From assembly GCA_045606105.1 (NCBI GenBank), contig JAZURI010000002.1, forward strand, positions 224,001 through 288,000: DNA of 64,000 nt, read 5' to 3'. Position 1 is the first letter of the stretch. Every line of letters starts with the position of its first letter. This document shows, piece by piece, positions 47,809 to 58,456 of the stretch. The stretch is from Spirochaetia bacterium (GTDB taxonomy: Bacteria > Spirochaetota > Spirochaetia > CADAEX01). The notes below the pieces were generated by a model. The model was not told the origin of the DNA. It made no database searches and saw only the letters and a list, made by a program, of their open reading frames with translations. A program made the translations under genes and the position numbers.

Positions 47809-48388
47809 TATCCAGTTCCCTGAGAAGATCAAATGCCTCAGGAGCTATGATCTTTCCCTGCTTTTCAAGATGTCCGATGGTTCCGAGAAGAACTATCCTG
47901 ACCATTTTATCCAGGGACTGCTTTTCAAGCTTTTTGAGAAAGGCCGGGGTTATATGCTTCCGTTTCGGTTCTATATAGTCTGCCACGAAAAGAATCTTTC
48001 CCAGCTGGCTCATGTTACGGTCTCCGGTAGTATGGGTCCTGACTGCATCCAGCAGCTCCGTATCACCGATACCGAACTTTTCCTCAAGTACGGCTGCCCC
48101 TGCCCTGCCGTGAAGCAGCAGCGGAAATTTCCTGTAGACCTCTGAAATGGGTTTTCCGTCCCTGGCTGCATATTCAAGCTGAAGGGCTTCAGGATACTCC
48201 CTGGCTATATCATGTACCAGACCGGCAAAGAAAGCCTTGTCCTGATCGAAGGAGAACATCCTGGCAAGAATCCTGCAGGTGTTGGCTGTGGAAAGGGAAT
48301 GCTCATACCGTCCCTGGGAAAGGTTCTCCCTGAGATAGCTGTCAATTTCCGATATAAAATCCTTATCTGTAAAACTGATATTCTTCAA
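47798..48388 (-). CDS. yqeK: HD-domain Ap4A hydrolase
   Basis: RYEHS, GLVHDIAR, LLHG, HTTG, VADYIEPKR; directly after nadD. Confidence 0.9.
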   Translation of the reverse strand: MKNISFTDKDFISEIDSYLRENLSQGRYEHSLSTANTCRILARMFSFDQDKAFFAGLVHDIAREYPEALQLEYAARDGKPISEVYRKFPLLLHGRAGAAVLEEKFGIGDTELLDAVRTHTTGDRNMSQLGKILFVADYIEPKRKHITPAFLKKLEKQSLDKMVRIVLLGTIGHLEKQGKIIAPEAFDLLRELDNEE

Positions 48389-48932
48389 TCAGCATCCTCA
48401 CTTTTTCCGGAACCATACTGTCGATGGGAAGTCCCTTTCTTACCCTGTCCCTGATTTCGGTGGAGGAGAGGGTATATCTCCTGTTCATGATATAACGGTC
48501 CGGGTAAACGGATTCGTATTTCTCCTCCATATCCCGCCTGACAACAATCAGCTCCACCAGTTCCTTCAGCTTATCAGGCTCCCGCCATGTGTTGAAGGAA
48601 GGAAGAAGATCGTCTCCAATAATAAACCCCGGTTTACCGGTTATGTCATATTTGTCAATAATATATCTTACTGTATCAATGCTGTAGGTTACCCCGCCAC
48701 GCCTGATATCGCAGTCCTCCACTATGCAGTGGGGAATATCCTCGGCAGCAGCCTTCAGCATCATGAGCCTGTCCTCCGGAGTAAGCCGGGTAAGGTTCTC
48801 CTTGTGGGATGCTATGTTGGCAGGGACAAGAATAGCCCTTTCATATCCCAGTTCCCTGAAAACCTCCCTGACTATGTAGAGGTGTCCGAAATGTACGGGA
48901 TTGAAGCTGCCGCCGAATATAAAGGTTTTCAT
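48363..48932 (-). CDS. nadD: Nicotinate-nucleotide adenylyltransferase
   Basis: FGGSFNPVHFGH, TYSIDT, IIGDD, SSTEIR. Confidence 0.94.
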   Translation of the reverse strand: MKTFIFGGSFNPVHFGHLYIVREVFRELGYERAILVPANIASHKENLTRLTPEDRLMMLKAAAEDIPHCIVEDCDIRRGGVTYSIDTVRYIIDKYDITGKPGFIIGDDLLPSFNTWREPDKLKELVELIVVRRDMEEKYESVYPDRYIMNRRYTLSSTEIRDRVRKGLPIDSMVPEKVRMLIEEYQFYR

Positions 48933-48935
48933 TTA

Positions 48936-49922
48936 TTATTCCTGAAGCACCAGTCCTGAAAAAAGGCTTCTGATATTTTCCATTCCCTCTCCCGAGAATA
49001 CGGAGATACCGTGGATTTCCTCCTGAGGATATTTTTCCCTGAGTGCGGCAAGAGCTTCAGCACTTCCCTCACTGTCCATCTTGGAGGCAAATATTATTCT
49101 TTTCCGCTCTGCAAGATCTTCCGAGAAGCTTCTGATCTCATTGAGGAGAATATCGAATGCATCTTCAAAATCGGGCTGTGAAACATCGATAAGGAAAACA
49201 AGACCTCTGGTTCTGGCAATATGCTTCAGGAACCTGATTCCGAGGCCTGCCCCTTCCGAGGCTCCTTCTATGATACCCGGAATATCCGCAAGGACAATAT
49301 CCTGGTCATCAACCTTGTAGACACCGAGATTAGGTATCTTTGTGGTAAACGGATAAGCCCCTACCTTGGGATTGGCATTGGTAAGGCGACCCAGCAGAGT
49401 GGACTTTCCCGCATTAGGAAATCCTACAAAGCCGATATCCGCTATTATGTTGATTTCAATTATGATTTTTCTGCTCTGTCCGGGAAGACCGGGCTGTGCG
49501 AAACGGGGAGTCTGCTGTCTGGAGGTGGCAAAATGCATGTTGCCCAGTCCGCCGCGGCCCCCTTTGAGAAATACCCAGTCAGATTCATCATCGGCAAAAT
49601 CATGAAGCACTTCCTTGGTATCGAAATCCTTAACCACAGCGCCCGGCGGAAGAAGGATAACAGCGTCCTCTCCGTCCTTGCCGTGCTTCTTGCGCCCCTC
49701 TCCGGGACAGCCTGAACCGGCATTGATAATCCGCTTGAATCTGAGATGAGATAATGTCTTTAGATTTTTCTTGATTTTAAATACAACATCACCGCCCTTT
49801 CCGCCGTCGCCGCCGTCCGGACCTCCCTTGGGAATATATTTTTCCCGTCTCAGAGAAACACAACCGGCTCCGCCTTTACCGGAGCCGACTTCTAGTGATG
49901 TTTCGTCTACAAAACCACGCAC
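48936..49922 (-). CDS. obgE: Obg GTPase (short, without long C-terminal domain)
   Basis: GGPDGGDGGKGG, GFPNAGKST, YPFTT, DIPG. Confidence 0.96.
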   Translation of the reverse strand: MRGFVDETSLEVGSGKGGAGCVSLRREKYIPKGGPDGGDGGKGGDVVFKIKKNLKTLSHLRFKRIINAGSGCPGEGRKKHGKDGEDAVILLPPGAVVKDFDTKEVLHDFADDESDWVFLKGGRGGLGNMHFATSRQQTPRFAQPGLPGQSRKIIIEINIIADIGFVGFPNAGKSTLLGRLTNANPKVGAYPFTTKIPNLGVYKVDDQDIVLADIPGIIEGASEGAGLGIRFLKHIARTRGLVFLIDVSQPDFEDAFDILLNEIRSFSEDLAERKRIIFASKMDSEGSAEALAALREKYPQEEIHGISVFSGEGMENIRSLFSGLVLQE

Positions 49923-49941
49923 AGTATTTTATATAAATAAA

Positions 49942-50193
49942 TTATTCAGTTACGATACTGATATATCTTCTACCCTGTCTTGTGTGGAATACAACTTTTC
50001 CTGTTTCTTTAGCGAAAACTGTATGGTCCTTTCCGAGACCTGCATTCTCACCAGGATGGAATTCAGTTCCTTTCTGTCTTACAATGATTGATCCTGCAGA
50101 AACAAGTTCTCCGCCGAATCTTTTTACACCAAGTCTCTGAGCGTTTGAATCGCGTCCGTTCTTTGAGCTTCCGCCACCCTTCTTATGTGCCAT
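49942..50193 (-). CDS. rpmA: 50S ribosomal protein bL27
   Basis: [24 protein letters not shown]. Confidence 0.98.
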   Translation of the reverse strand: MAHKKGGGSSKNGRDSNAQRLGVKRFGGELVSAGSIIVRQKGTEFHPGENAGLGKDHTVFAKETGKVVFHTRQGRRYISIVTE

Positions 50194-50199
50194 TTTATA

Positions 50200-50511
50200 T
50201 CACTCCTTTATTTCTGCAACTTTAACGATTGTATACTGAGCCCTGTGACCTCTGGTTCTCTTATAGTTTTTTCTTCTTTTGTATTTCATCACAATGACTT
50301 TTGTATCTTTGATCTGATTCTCTACAGTTCCGACAACCTTTGCACCTTCGATATATGGTGTTCCGATTTTCTGTGTTTCGTTGTCGCTGATAAGCATAAC
50401 TGTGTCAAATTCGACAGATGATCCGATTTCAGCATCGATTCTGTCCATTCTGAGAAGAGCTCCGGCTTCAGCCTTGTACTGTTTCCCTTTGATATCAATA
50501 AGTGCGTACAT
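50200..50511 (-). CDS. rplU: 50S ribosomal protein bL21
   Basis: MYALIDIKGKQYK, KYKRRKNYKRTRGHR. Confidence 0.97.
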   Translation of the reverse strand: MYALIDIKGKQYKAEAGALLRMDRIDAEIGSSVEFDTVMLISDNETQKIGTPYIEGAKVVGTVENQIKDTKVIVMKYKRRKNYKRTRGHRAQYTIVKVAEIKE

Positions 50512-50579
50512 TTTCCCAACCTATTAAATTAAAATTTGTTCTACATTTTATAATTAAAGTCTGAATAAGGTCAAGTACC

Positions 50580-51425
50580 TTATTCAATAATAAAAGTCCT
50601 GCCGAGATGGAAAAAGATACTGTGCGAAAGATATCTTCTTACCGATTCAAAAAGGACTCTTCTTTCCACATCCTTACCCATTCTGGTAAACTCATCCACG
50701 GAGCATGTATCGGAAACCCTGATCACATCCTGGAAGATGATAGGCCCCTGGTCAAGGTCTGCTGTGGCGAAATGACCTGTGGCACCGATGATCTTCACCC
50801 CTTTCTGCCATGCCTGATGATAAGGCTTTGCCCCCTTGAAGGCGGGAAGGAATCCGTGATGGATATTGATGACCTTGTTGGCCCAGCGCTCGCAGAAGCC
50901 TGCACTGAGAACCTGCATGTAACGGGCCAGCACCACCATATCGATGTTGTAGTGGGCAAGTATGCTCTCCAGATCCTTTTCGTACTCCTCCTTTCCCTTG
51001 AACGGATCAACCTGGAAGAAAGGAATATGGAAAGAGGTGGCAATATGAGCCAGCTCCGAATGATTTGAAATGATTACGGGAATCTCGCAGTCCAGTTCTC
51101 CGTCCGCATGCTTGAGAAGCAGCTCGTAGAGACAGTGGCTGGTTTTTGATACCAGGACTGCTACCCTTTTTTTCTCGCTCCTGTCGTAGATGTTCCAGTT
51201 GAGGTTGAATCCGGTTCCCAGCTTGTCAAATTCATTCCTGAATTCCTCCTCGACAAAGCCCTCCTGAGCCACGAATACAACACGGCAGAAAAACATTCCC
51301 AGATCTGTAGCGGTATGCTGGGCAAGATTGAGAATATTGCCCCTGTTGGAGGCAATGCAGTTGGTAACAGCCGCAATAAGTCCGTTCTGGTCCTGACAGG
51401 TTACTGTAAGAATGTATGATTTCAT
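50580..51425 (-). CDS. purU: Formyltetrahydrofolate deformylase
   Basis: N-terminal ACT domain, VSKTSHCL, LARYMQVLS, INIHHGFLPAFKGAKPYHQA, GVKIIGAT. Confidence 0.95.
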   Translation of the reverse strand: MKSYILTVTCQDQNGLIAAVTNCIASNRGNILNLAQHTATDLGMFFCRVVFVAQEGFVEEEFRNEFDKLGTGFNLNWNIYDRSEKKRVAVLVSKTSHCLYELLLKHADGELDCEIPVIISNHSELAHIATSFHIPFFQVDPFKGKEEYEKDLESILAHYNIDMVVLARYMQVLSAGFCERWANKVINIHHGFLPAFKGAKPYHQAWQKGVKIIGATGHFATADLDQGPIIFQDVIRVSDTCSVDEFTRMGKDVERRVLFESVRRYLSHSIFFHLGRTFIIE

Positions 51426-51472
51426 AGTCTCCTCAATATACAATAATCCTTAAAAAAAGAAAATAGTTTTAA

Positions 51473-52573
51473 TCAATATCGGAATGTAATTCCACCCCCC
51501 AGAAGCATTCCGCCGAACTCATCATATTCGTCATCATGGTCCGGAAGCCAGGTGGCATAACCGCATTCGCCCGAAATCAGGATATGGTCTCCAGCAGGAA
51601 ATCCAGCCGTAAGCTTCATGCTTCCGCCCGTATAGCAGAACTCCCCTCCGGTACTTCCCCGCCCGATGGTAACAAGTGCGGAAATTTCGGTCTTTCCGAA
51701 ACGGCGCATGGTCTTGAGTCCTCCGTAAAGACAGAAGAGTCCATCCCCGAAATCGTTATATTCAATTCCTGTTACGGGTCTGAAGGAGAGAAATCCCCTG
51801 AAATATTCCTGATAAGCTCCGAAGCAGCTCACTCCGTCGCCGAAGATATAGTCATAGTACAGATTCGTACCGAAGCCGGCAAGCCTGATTCTTTCAGCCC
51901 TGTCCCCCACCATTACCTTTTTATCAAGCCAGGCCGCCTGGACAAAGGTTATGTCGTCCCTGACCTTGACGGCAAAGAGCTTTCCCTTTTTCTCCCCGTC
52001 TGCTGCCGAGAAAAGGCGGAATTCATCCCCCTTCCGGACCTTGTCCTTCCGGCCGCAGTCAAGTACATATTCTCCCGAATATATTCCAGCAACCTGCCAC
52101 AGGGACTGATCCCGGCTGATACCGTCCATGATCCGGACCACACTCAGGGCTCCGTTTCCGAAGCACATTTCCAGGGCCTCATCCTCATCTTTTCCTGTTC
52201 CGGCTGCAGTGAAAACAGTTTCGGAAAGCAGTTCCGGACCTCTGAAAAGGGTATATCTGAACTCCAGGCTTATGAAAAGCCCCTCCGGATATTCCATTCT
52301 GTCGGCCTTTGTTATTTCCTGGATAACCACGAATACACCTGAACCGGCATCGTAGTCCCCACCGTTTCCCGATATGTATCCTGCCCTGCGGAAGCTGCAG
52401 TCCCCTTTGACAAAAGGCTGCTCCATGAGGTAATAGCTCTGATGGCTCCTGATATCACCGGCATCGATTTCCGGGGATAAAGGGGCTTCCGCCAGGATGA
52501 TTTCCGTTTTCTCATCCAGAGAAAAGAGAAGGACAGGCAGAAACAGAAAAATGAGAAACAGGTATTTTTTCAA
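51473..52573 (-). CDS. Exported hypothetical protein, probable C-terminal beta-barrel
   Basis: Signal peptide; central VLDCGRKDKVRKGDEF segment (FlgT C-terminal-like); Gly/aromatic alternating C-terminus ending ITFRY. Confidence 0.6.
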   Translation of the reverse strand: MKKYLFLIFLFLPVLLFSLDEKTEIILAEAPLSPEIDAGDIRSHQSYYLMEQPFVKGDCSFRRAGYISGNGGDYDAGSGVFVVIQEITKADRMEYPEGLFISLEFRYTLFRGPELLSETVFTAAGTGKDEDEALEMCFGNGALSVVRIMDGISRDQSLWQVAGIYSGEYVLDCGRKDKVRKGDEFRLFSAADGEKKGKLFAVKVRDDITFVQAAWLDKKVMVGDRAERIRLAGFGTNLYYDYIFGDGVSCFGAYQEYFRGFLSFRPVTGIEYNDFGDGLFCLYGGLKTMRRFGKTEISALVTIGRGSTGGEFCYTGGSMKLTAGFPAGDHILISGECGYATWLPDHDDEYDEFGGMLLGGGITFRY

Positions 52574-52574
52574 G

Positions 52575-53822
52575 TCAGACCCCGCTCCGTACCAGATTGA
52601 TTATCACATCCACAGCCCTGAGCATGGCCGGTACAGCCACCCACTCCTTCTTCCCGTGGAAATTCTGCCCTCCGGTGAAGATATTGGGACAGGGATATCC
52701 CAGCTCGCTGAGCCTGGCACCGTCGGTACCGCCTCTGATAAGCTTGTATGAAAATTCAATACCGCTGTCGGAAACTGCCTTTTCCAGAAGATCGAGACAT
52801 TTCCGGTTGTCCCTTATATACTCATACATGTTTGAATAGCTGCAGCTGAATTCCAGATTGATTTCAGCCTCCGGGTAGATGCTTTTCAGGGTCTCTCCGG
52901 CCTGCTCCATTATCTTTATGCGCCTTTCCATTCCTGCGGTATCAAAATCCCTGAGAATAAATACAATTTCGCAGCTTTCGATATCTCCCCTGAAGGAGGT
53001 AACGCAGAAATAGCCCTCTCTTCCGTCTGTGGATTCAGGCACCTCGTGGGCCGGCAGCATGGAAATGAGCCTGGAACCGAGAAATGCAGCATTGACCATT
53101 TTCCCCCTGGCGGTGCCGGGATGGATGGATACCCCTTTTATGGAAACCGAAGCCCTGTATGCATTGAAGCATTCGGCCTCGATGCAACCCTCGGTATCGC
53201 CGTCCACCGTATAGATATAATCGGAGGTGATCTTTTTCAGAGGAAACCTGTCGGTTCCCATACCTATTTCCTCGTCCGGGGTAATGAATATTTCCATTGA
53301 ATTGCGCTTTACCTCGGGATGAGCCATGAACCAGGATACTGCTGTCAGGATTTCAGCAATACCGGCCTTGTCATCGGCCCCCAGGAGAGTGGTTCCGTCG
53401 GCAGTGATAAGGGTTTCTCCCCTGTATTTCAGAAGAAGAGGAAAATCCTCCGGAGATATAACCACATTCCCTTTGAGTTTAATAGGATTTCCCTTGTATC
53501 TCCGGTGAATCACAGGCTTTACATCCTTCCCGGAAACCTCAGGTGATGTGTCGGCATGGGATATGAAGCCGAAGGTCTTTTCACCCTCCCCTGCATTGCC
53601 CGGAAGAAAGGCCCTGAGATAACCGTTCCTGTCCACACGGGCATCCTTTACCCCCATGGCCTTCAGCTCGGCGGCAATCATCTTTACCAGCTGTGTCTGT
53701 CCCTCTGTAGTAGGACAAACCTTTCCTCCGTTTTCCTCACAGGAGGTGGTTTCTGTTTTTACATAACTGATAAATCTGTCAACAAGCTCTTTTTCAAAGA
53801 GGGAAATATCTTCATTTCTCAT
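52575..53822 (-). CDS. pepT: Peptidase T (M20B)
   Basis: [41 protein letters not shown]. Confidence 0.95.
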   Translation of the reverse strand: MRNEDISLFEKELVDRFISYVKTETTSCEENGGKVCPTTEGQTQLVKMIAAELKAMGVKDARVDRNGYLRAFLPGNAGEGEKTFGFISHADTSPEVSGKDVKPVIHRRYKGNPIKLKGNVVISPEDFPLLLKYRGETLITADGTTLLGADDKAGIAEILTAVSWFMAHPEVKRNSMEIFITPDEEIGMGTDRFPLKKITSDYIYTVDGDTEGCIEAECFNAYRASVSIKGVSIHPGTARGKMVNAAFLGSRLISMLPAHEVPESTDGREGYFCVTSFRGDIESCEIVFILRDFDTAGMERRIKIMEQAGETLKSIYPEAEINLEFSCSYSNMYEYIRDNRKCLDLLEKAVSDSGIEFSYKLIRGGTDGARLSELGYPCPNIFTGGQNFHGKKEWVAVPAMLRAVDVIINLVRSGV

Positions 53823-54361
53823 TTTTTCTTTCCTTTTCTGCCGAGAATATCAAAAAATCCCTGAACAATGAATCTTATTCCGAAGAACATGACTGCAAAG
53901 ACAACCAGAACTCCGGGGAAGCCGAAACGGGAAGTAAACCTGCTCAGGACCACGGCTGCAATAAAGACTGCCAGTCCGGTAAAAATATTTCCGTAACCGG
54001 AAATTTCCTTCTGAACCTTCTTTCCGGCGGTTCTTCCCCGGAACTGTGATATGGTACTGCTGAAAAAGTAATTGAAGGCACCCACGAACTCATCAGCCGA
54101 GTAGTTTTCGTAGGGATTTCTCCATCCCCCCGATTCACCGGTGGTCTTCCGCCTGAACATTTCGGCATCGTACTGGGATCTCTGTCCCGCATCGCTGAGA
54201 ACTGCATAGGCACAGCTTATTTTCCTGAATTTATTCTCCGCTTCCTTATCTCCCGGATTGAAATCGGGATGATATTTCATGGCAAGCTCATGATAGGCCT
54301 TTTTTATTTCATCTGTAGTGGCACTTCTGTTCACGCCCAATACATCATATAAATCTTCCAT
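53819..54361 (-). CDS. J-domain protein with two C-terminal TM helices
   Basis: DLYDVLGV...IKKAY...YHPD...AYAVLSD; hydrophobic C-terminus. Confidence 0.87.
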   Translation of the reverse strand: MEDLYDVLGVNRSATTDEIKKAYHELAMKYHPDFNPGDKEAENKFRKISCAYAVLSDAGQRSQYDAEMFRRKTTGESGGWRNPYENYSADEFVGAFNYFFSSTISQFRGRTAGKKVQKEISGYGNIFTGLAVFIAAVVLSRFTSRFGFPGVLVVFAVMFFGIRFIVQGFFDILGRKGKKK

Positions 54362-54433
54362 GTATCAAAGATAACACATTTTATATAGACGATAAAAGCA
54401 TTTTTATAGTAAAATGATTGAAAAGGAAAAAAA

Positions 54434-55753
54434 ATGGAAAAAATTAAAATCAATTACAGAATCTGGAGCAGACTTTCCGACAGACAGAAGGAAAAGATTT
54501 TTTCCAGAAGCGAAATCAATATAAACGAAATCAGGGAAACCGTAGAAAAGATCATTTCCCGTGTAAAGAGATACAAGGATAAAGCCCTGGTGGAATATGC
54601 GGCAAAATTTGACAAGGCCGATCTGACAGCTCTTCCGCTGAGGGTACAGGAGAAGGAATTTGAGGAGGCTGAAAGGTCTCTTTCGCCTGAGCTTAAGAAG
54701 GCTCTGGAATTCTCCATTGAAAATGTCAGGAAATTCCATGTGGCAAACCGTCCGGCAGAGCATCCTGCCATTGAGGTATGTCCGGGAATCACAGCCTGTG
54801 AAAAGATGACACCGATAGAATCTGCCGGTCTCTATATACCGAGAGGAAGAGGAAGCTTCCCTTCCATGCTTTACATGCTGGGAGTTCCTGCGGTGGAAGC
54901 CGGTGTAAAAAGGGTCTGTGTCGTAACTCCTCCGAATCCGGACGGCAGTGTGGATGCAGCCTGTCTTTATGCGGCAAAGCTCTGCGGAATCTCAGAGGTG
55001 TACAGAACCGGAGGTGCCCAGGCAATAGCGGCCCTGGCTTACGGAACAGAATCCATAAAGCCTGTGGTAAAGGTTGTGGGACCGGGAAGCAAGTATGTTG
55101 CTGCTGCAAAAAGGATTCTTTACGGAAAGATTGATGTGGGCCTTCCTGCAGGACCTTCCGAATCCATTCTCCTGGCAGATGAAACGGCAGATCCGTATCT
55201 GGCTGCCGTTGACCTCATGGTTGAGGCTGAACACGGCTCCGACTCATCTGCCCTCCTTGTAACCCCTTCAAAAAAGACTGCGGATGAAGTTCTCAGGCAT
55301 CTGAAAAAGCTGATTCCCGAAATTCCCGAACCAAGAAATACCTTCCTTTCCGATGTTTTCGGAGGATACGGCGGAATCATTCTTACTGAAAACATGGATG
55401 AGGCCTGCGATATCGTAAACATGTTTGCTCCGGAGCACCTGGAGATCATGACTGAAAATCCGGCCGCCACAGCAGAAAAGATAACCAATGCGGGAGAAAT
55501 TCTCCTGGGAGCCCATACACCGTTCTCCGCAGCAAATTACGCTACAGGTCCCAATGCGGTTCTCCCTACCGGCGGAACAGCAAAAACCTTCTCTCCGGTT
55601 TCCATCAGGGACTTCGTGAAATTCACATCGGTAATCGAAGCAGACAGGAACGGATACGATGCAGTGGCACCTCATGTGGAGGCTATTGCTGATTACGAGG
55701 GATTTATCACACATGGAAATGCATTCAAGCTCAGAAAGCTTTACAAGCCTTGA
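54434..55753 (+). CDS. hisD: Histidinol dehydrogenase family protein
   Basis: GLYIPRG, GGAQAIAALAYGT, GPGSKYV, AGPSE, AEH, APEHL, NAVLPTGG. Confidence 0.9.
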   Translation: MEKIKINYRIWSRLSDRQKEKIFSRSEININEIRETVEKIISRVKRYKDKALVEYAAKFDKADLTALPLRVQEKEFEEAERSLSPELKKALEFSIENVRKFHVANRPAEHPAIEVCPGITACEKMTPIESAGLYIPRGRGSFPSMLYMLGVPAVEAGVKRVCVVTPPNPDGSVDAACLYAAKLCGISEVYRTGGAQAIAALAYGTESIKPVVKVVGPGSKYVAAAKRILYGKIDVGLPAGPSESILLADETADPYLAAVDLMVEAEHGSDSSALLVTPSKKTADEVLRHLKKLIPEIPEPRNTFLSDVFGGYGGIILTENMDEACDIVNMFAPEHLEIMTENPAATAEKITNAGEILLGAHTPFSAANYATGPNAVLPTGGTAKTFSPVSIRDFVKFTSVIEADRNGYDAVAPHVEAIADYEGFITHGNAFKLRKLYKP

Positions 55754-57071
55754 AGATGCTTTTCTCTACATAGAAAATTTTGCAAATCTTGAGCGGAGTC
55801 CCGAGCTTTCCGGCCATGAATACAAGCTGGAAAGAATGGGGCTGATGCTTGATTATTTCGGCCGGCCGGAAAAGGCTTTCAATACTGTCCATATTGCAGG
55901 CTCCAAAGGGAAGGGCTCAACCACGGCCATCTGCGGTGCAATACTGGAAAATCACGGATTCAAAACCGGCATGTTCACCTCTCCCCATCTGATTTCATAC
56001 ACCGAAAGGATAACCCTGGCAGGAAAACCCTTTGAGGATAATGTATATCTCAGGGAAATAAACAGGATAAAGAGAGCTCTGGAAACAGAGAACATTACGG
56101 GAAACCTGGGGAGACCCACCACCTTCGAGCTGCTGACTCTTCTGGCATTCCTCATATTCAGAGAGGAAAAATGCAGCTGGGCCGTTATAGAAACAGGTCT
56201 GGGAGGAAGGCTGGACTGCACCAATCTCATTGTTCCCCGGGCATCTGTAATAACCACCATAGAACTGGAACACTGTGACATACTGGGAGATACCTATGAA
56301 AGGATTGCCTGTGAAAAAGGGGGCATAATCAAGGAGGGAATCCCGGTTTTCGTACAGAAGCAGAGGCCGGAAGCGGCAGATGTACTGAAACGGCAGGCCA
56401 TGGAGAAAAATGCCCCCTTCCATATGGCTGAAGCTGAAAATATCCCCGAAATCCTTGAAACAGGAACCGACGGAACCCTGTTCGGCCTGAATATACCGGG
56501 TCTGGGATACTCGGAATACAGAACAAATCTTACCGGAATCTTTCAGGGAGATAACATTTTTATCGCACTTTTTGCTCTTTCCTCCGTTGTTCCGGGCTTT
56601 GATGCCGAAAAAGGGAAAAAGGGACTCCTCAATGTCAGGCTTGAAGGAAGAATGGAAATAAAAGGCAATGCCCCGCCGGTTGTCATTGACGGCTCCCATA
56701 CAGAAGCCAGTGTCACGAAGCTTCTGGATTCTGTCCGGAGTATTTTCGGCGAGGGTGGGATACTTGTTTTCGGAAGCGTGAAAGGGAAAAATTTCAGAGG
56801 GATGGTCGATATACTGTTCAGCCATTTCCGGGATATAATAATTTCAAGACCCCGGGGCTACAAGGAGGCTGATACGGGAGAAATCTTCAGCTATGCATTG
56901 AAAAGGTTTCCGGAAAAAAGGATACTGCATATTGAAAACTGCCGGGAGGCTCTGGAAAAAGCCCTGGAGCTGTCGGAAAACAGGATTCCGGTCATTGTAA
57001 CAGGCTCCTTCTATCTGGCCGGGGCAATAAAGGAAATCCTCAACGGAAAGGATAAGAAGAATGTCACTTAA
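55713..57071 (+). CDS. folC: Folylpolyglutamate/dihydrofolate synthase
   Basis: HIAGSKGKGST, FTSPHL, TTFELLT, ETGLGGRLDCTN, EKGGIIK, TGSFYLAG. Start (55713 or 55719) uncertain. Confidence 0.93.
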   Translation: MEMHSSSESFTSLEDAFLYIENFANLERSPELSGHEYKLERMGLMLDYFGRPEKAFNTVHIAGSKGKGSTTAICGAILENHGFKTGMFTSPHLISYTERITLAGKPFEDNVYLREINRIKRALETENITGNLGRPTTFELLTLLAFLIFREEKCSWAVIETGLGGRLDCTNLIVPRASVITTIELEHCDILGDTYERIACEKGGIIKEGIPVFVQKQRPEAADVLKRQAMEKNAPFHMAEAENIPEILETGTDGTLFGLNIPGLGYSEYRTNLTGIFQGDNIFIALFALSSVVPGFDAEKGKKGLLNVRLEGRMEIKGNAPPVVIDGSHTEASVTKLLDSVRSIFGEGGILVFGSVKGKNFRGMVDILFSHFRDIIISRPRGYKEADTGEIFSYALKRFPEKRILHIENCREALEKALELSENRIPVIVTGSFYLAGAIKEILNGKDKKNVT

Positions 57072-58455
57072 TTCTGCAGAAATAAATCTCATAATCAAGG
57101 AACTCAATCCGACAGGAAACTATGTACAGAAAATAATACAGCCCGATTTTCATTCACTGATATTCGCAATCTATTCAGCCTCCGAGAGATACAATCTCAT
57201 TGTCTCCATGAAGCCGGGAACCACAAGGATTCACAGGTACCGCGGAAGAATTCCAAAGGCAGAAAAGCTGCAGCGCTTTTCACAGTTTCTCAGGTCCAGG
57301 ATTCTGGGAGGGAAAATAACCGAATTCTCCCAGCCGGGAAACGACAGAATAGTAAAGATGACTGTGAGCCGCGGAGGAGAACCCACTACTCTCTGGATCA
57401 GGCTCTGGGGCGGAAATTCCAATATCATAGCCGTGGACCGGGCAAACATCATTCTTGACAGCTACTACAGAAGACCTGCACGGAACGAGGTTTCGGGAGC
57501 AGAGCTGATATACGAAATCAAGGAAAAGGATCAGAGTGCCTTCAAGGTAAGACCTTATCCGCAGGAAACTGATTTCAACACATTCATAGACCGTCATTAT
57601 TACGAGCTGGAATACAATGAACTTCTGAAGCAGCTCAGGGAACAGGCCGCAGCTCTTGTTTCCAGAACAATATCCAGGCTTGAAATAAAGCTGGCAGGAA
57701 CAGCCACCCTTCTGGAGAAATACGGAAATTTCGAGCAGTTCAGACAGTACGGAGAGCTTATTCTCAGCAACTGCAGAAGCATAGGACGGGGCGATTCCTA
57801 TCTGGAAACAGAGAATTACTATAACGAGAATGAAATAATAAGGATACCGCTGGATACCAGGCTTACTCCCGGAGAAAACAGCGAAAAGTACTTTCACAGA
57901 TACAAGAAGGCCAAGAACGGACTGGAGCTGCTGAAGGATGAAAGACAGAACCTGGAATCAAGGCTGAAGGGACTGGAGACAACACGCAGGGAGCTGGCTG
58001 AGGAAACCGATATTTCCGTACTCAGGGAGTGGCTCAGCAAGGAACGGGAGCTTCAGAGCAAGGTAGTGGTCAGGCAGATTCCGGGACTGCAGTTTACGTC
58101 CGGGGGCTTTTCGATCTATGCAGGCCGTACAGCAAAAGAAAATGATGAGCTGCTGAGAAAGCATGTCAGGGGAAATGATTACTGGCTCCATACCAGGGAC
58201 TATCCGGGCGGATACATATTCATCAGAACTGCAAAAGGAAAATCGGTACCTCTGGATACCCTGCTGGATGCGGGGAATCTTGCAGTGCATTTCAGCAAGG
58301 GAAAAAACAATCACAGGGCCGATGTCTATTATACACAGGTAAAATATCTCAGGAGAGCAAAGGACGGTCCTACAGGACTGGTTATTCCTACACAGGAAAA
58401 GAACCTCTCCATAACCAGGGATGAAGGAAGACTGAAGCGTCTTCTGGGAGAATGA
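57061..58455 (+). CDS. NFACT family (RqcH/FbpA-like) protein
   Basis: MSLNSAEI, NDRIV, ENSEKYFHRYKKAK, GRTAKENDEL, WLHTRDYPG, YTQVKYLRR. Confidence 0.88.
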   Translation: MSLNSAEINLIIKELNPTGNYVQKIIQPDFHSLIFAIYSASERYNLIVSMKPGTTRIHRYRGRIPKAEKLQRFSQFLRSRILGGKITEFSQPGNDRIVKMTVSRGGEPTTLWIRLWGGNSNIIAVDRANIILDSYYRRPARNEVSGAELIYEIKEKDQSAFKVRPYPQETDFNTFIDRHYYELEYNELLKQLREQAAALVSRTISRLEIKLAGTATLLEKYGNFEQFRQYGELILSNCRSIGRGDSYLETENYYNENEIIRIPLDTRLTPGENSEKYFHRYKKAKNGLELLKDERQNLESRLKGLETTRRELAEETDISVLREWLSKERELQSKVVVRQIPGLQFTSGGFSIYAGRTAKENDELLRKHVRGNDYWLHTRDYPGGYIFIRTAKGKSVPLDTLLDAGNLAVHFSKGKNNHRADVYYTQVKYLRRAKDGPTGLVIPTQEKNLSITRDEGRLKRLLGE

Positions 58456-58456
58456 C

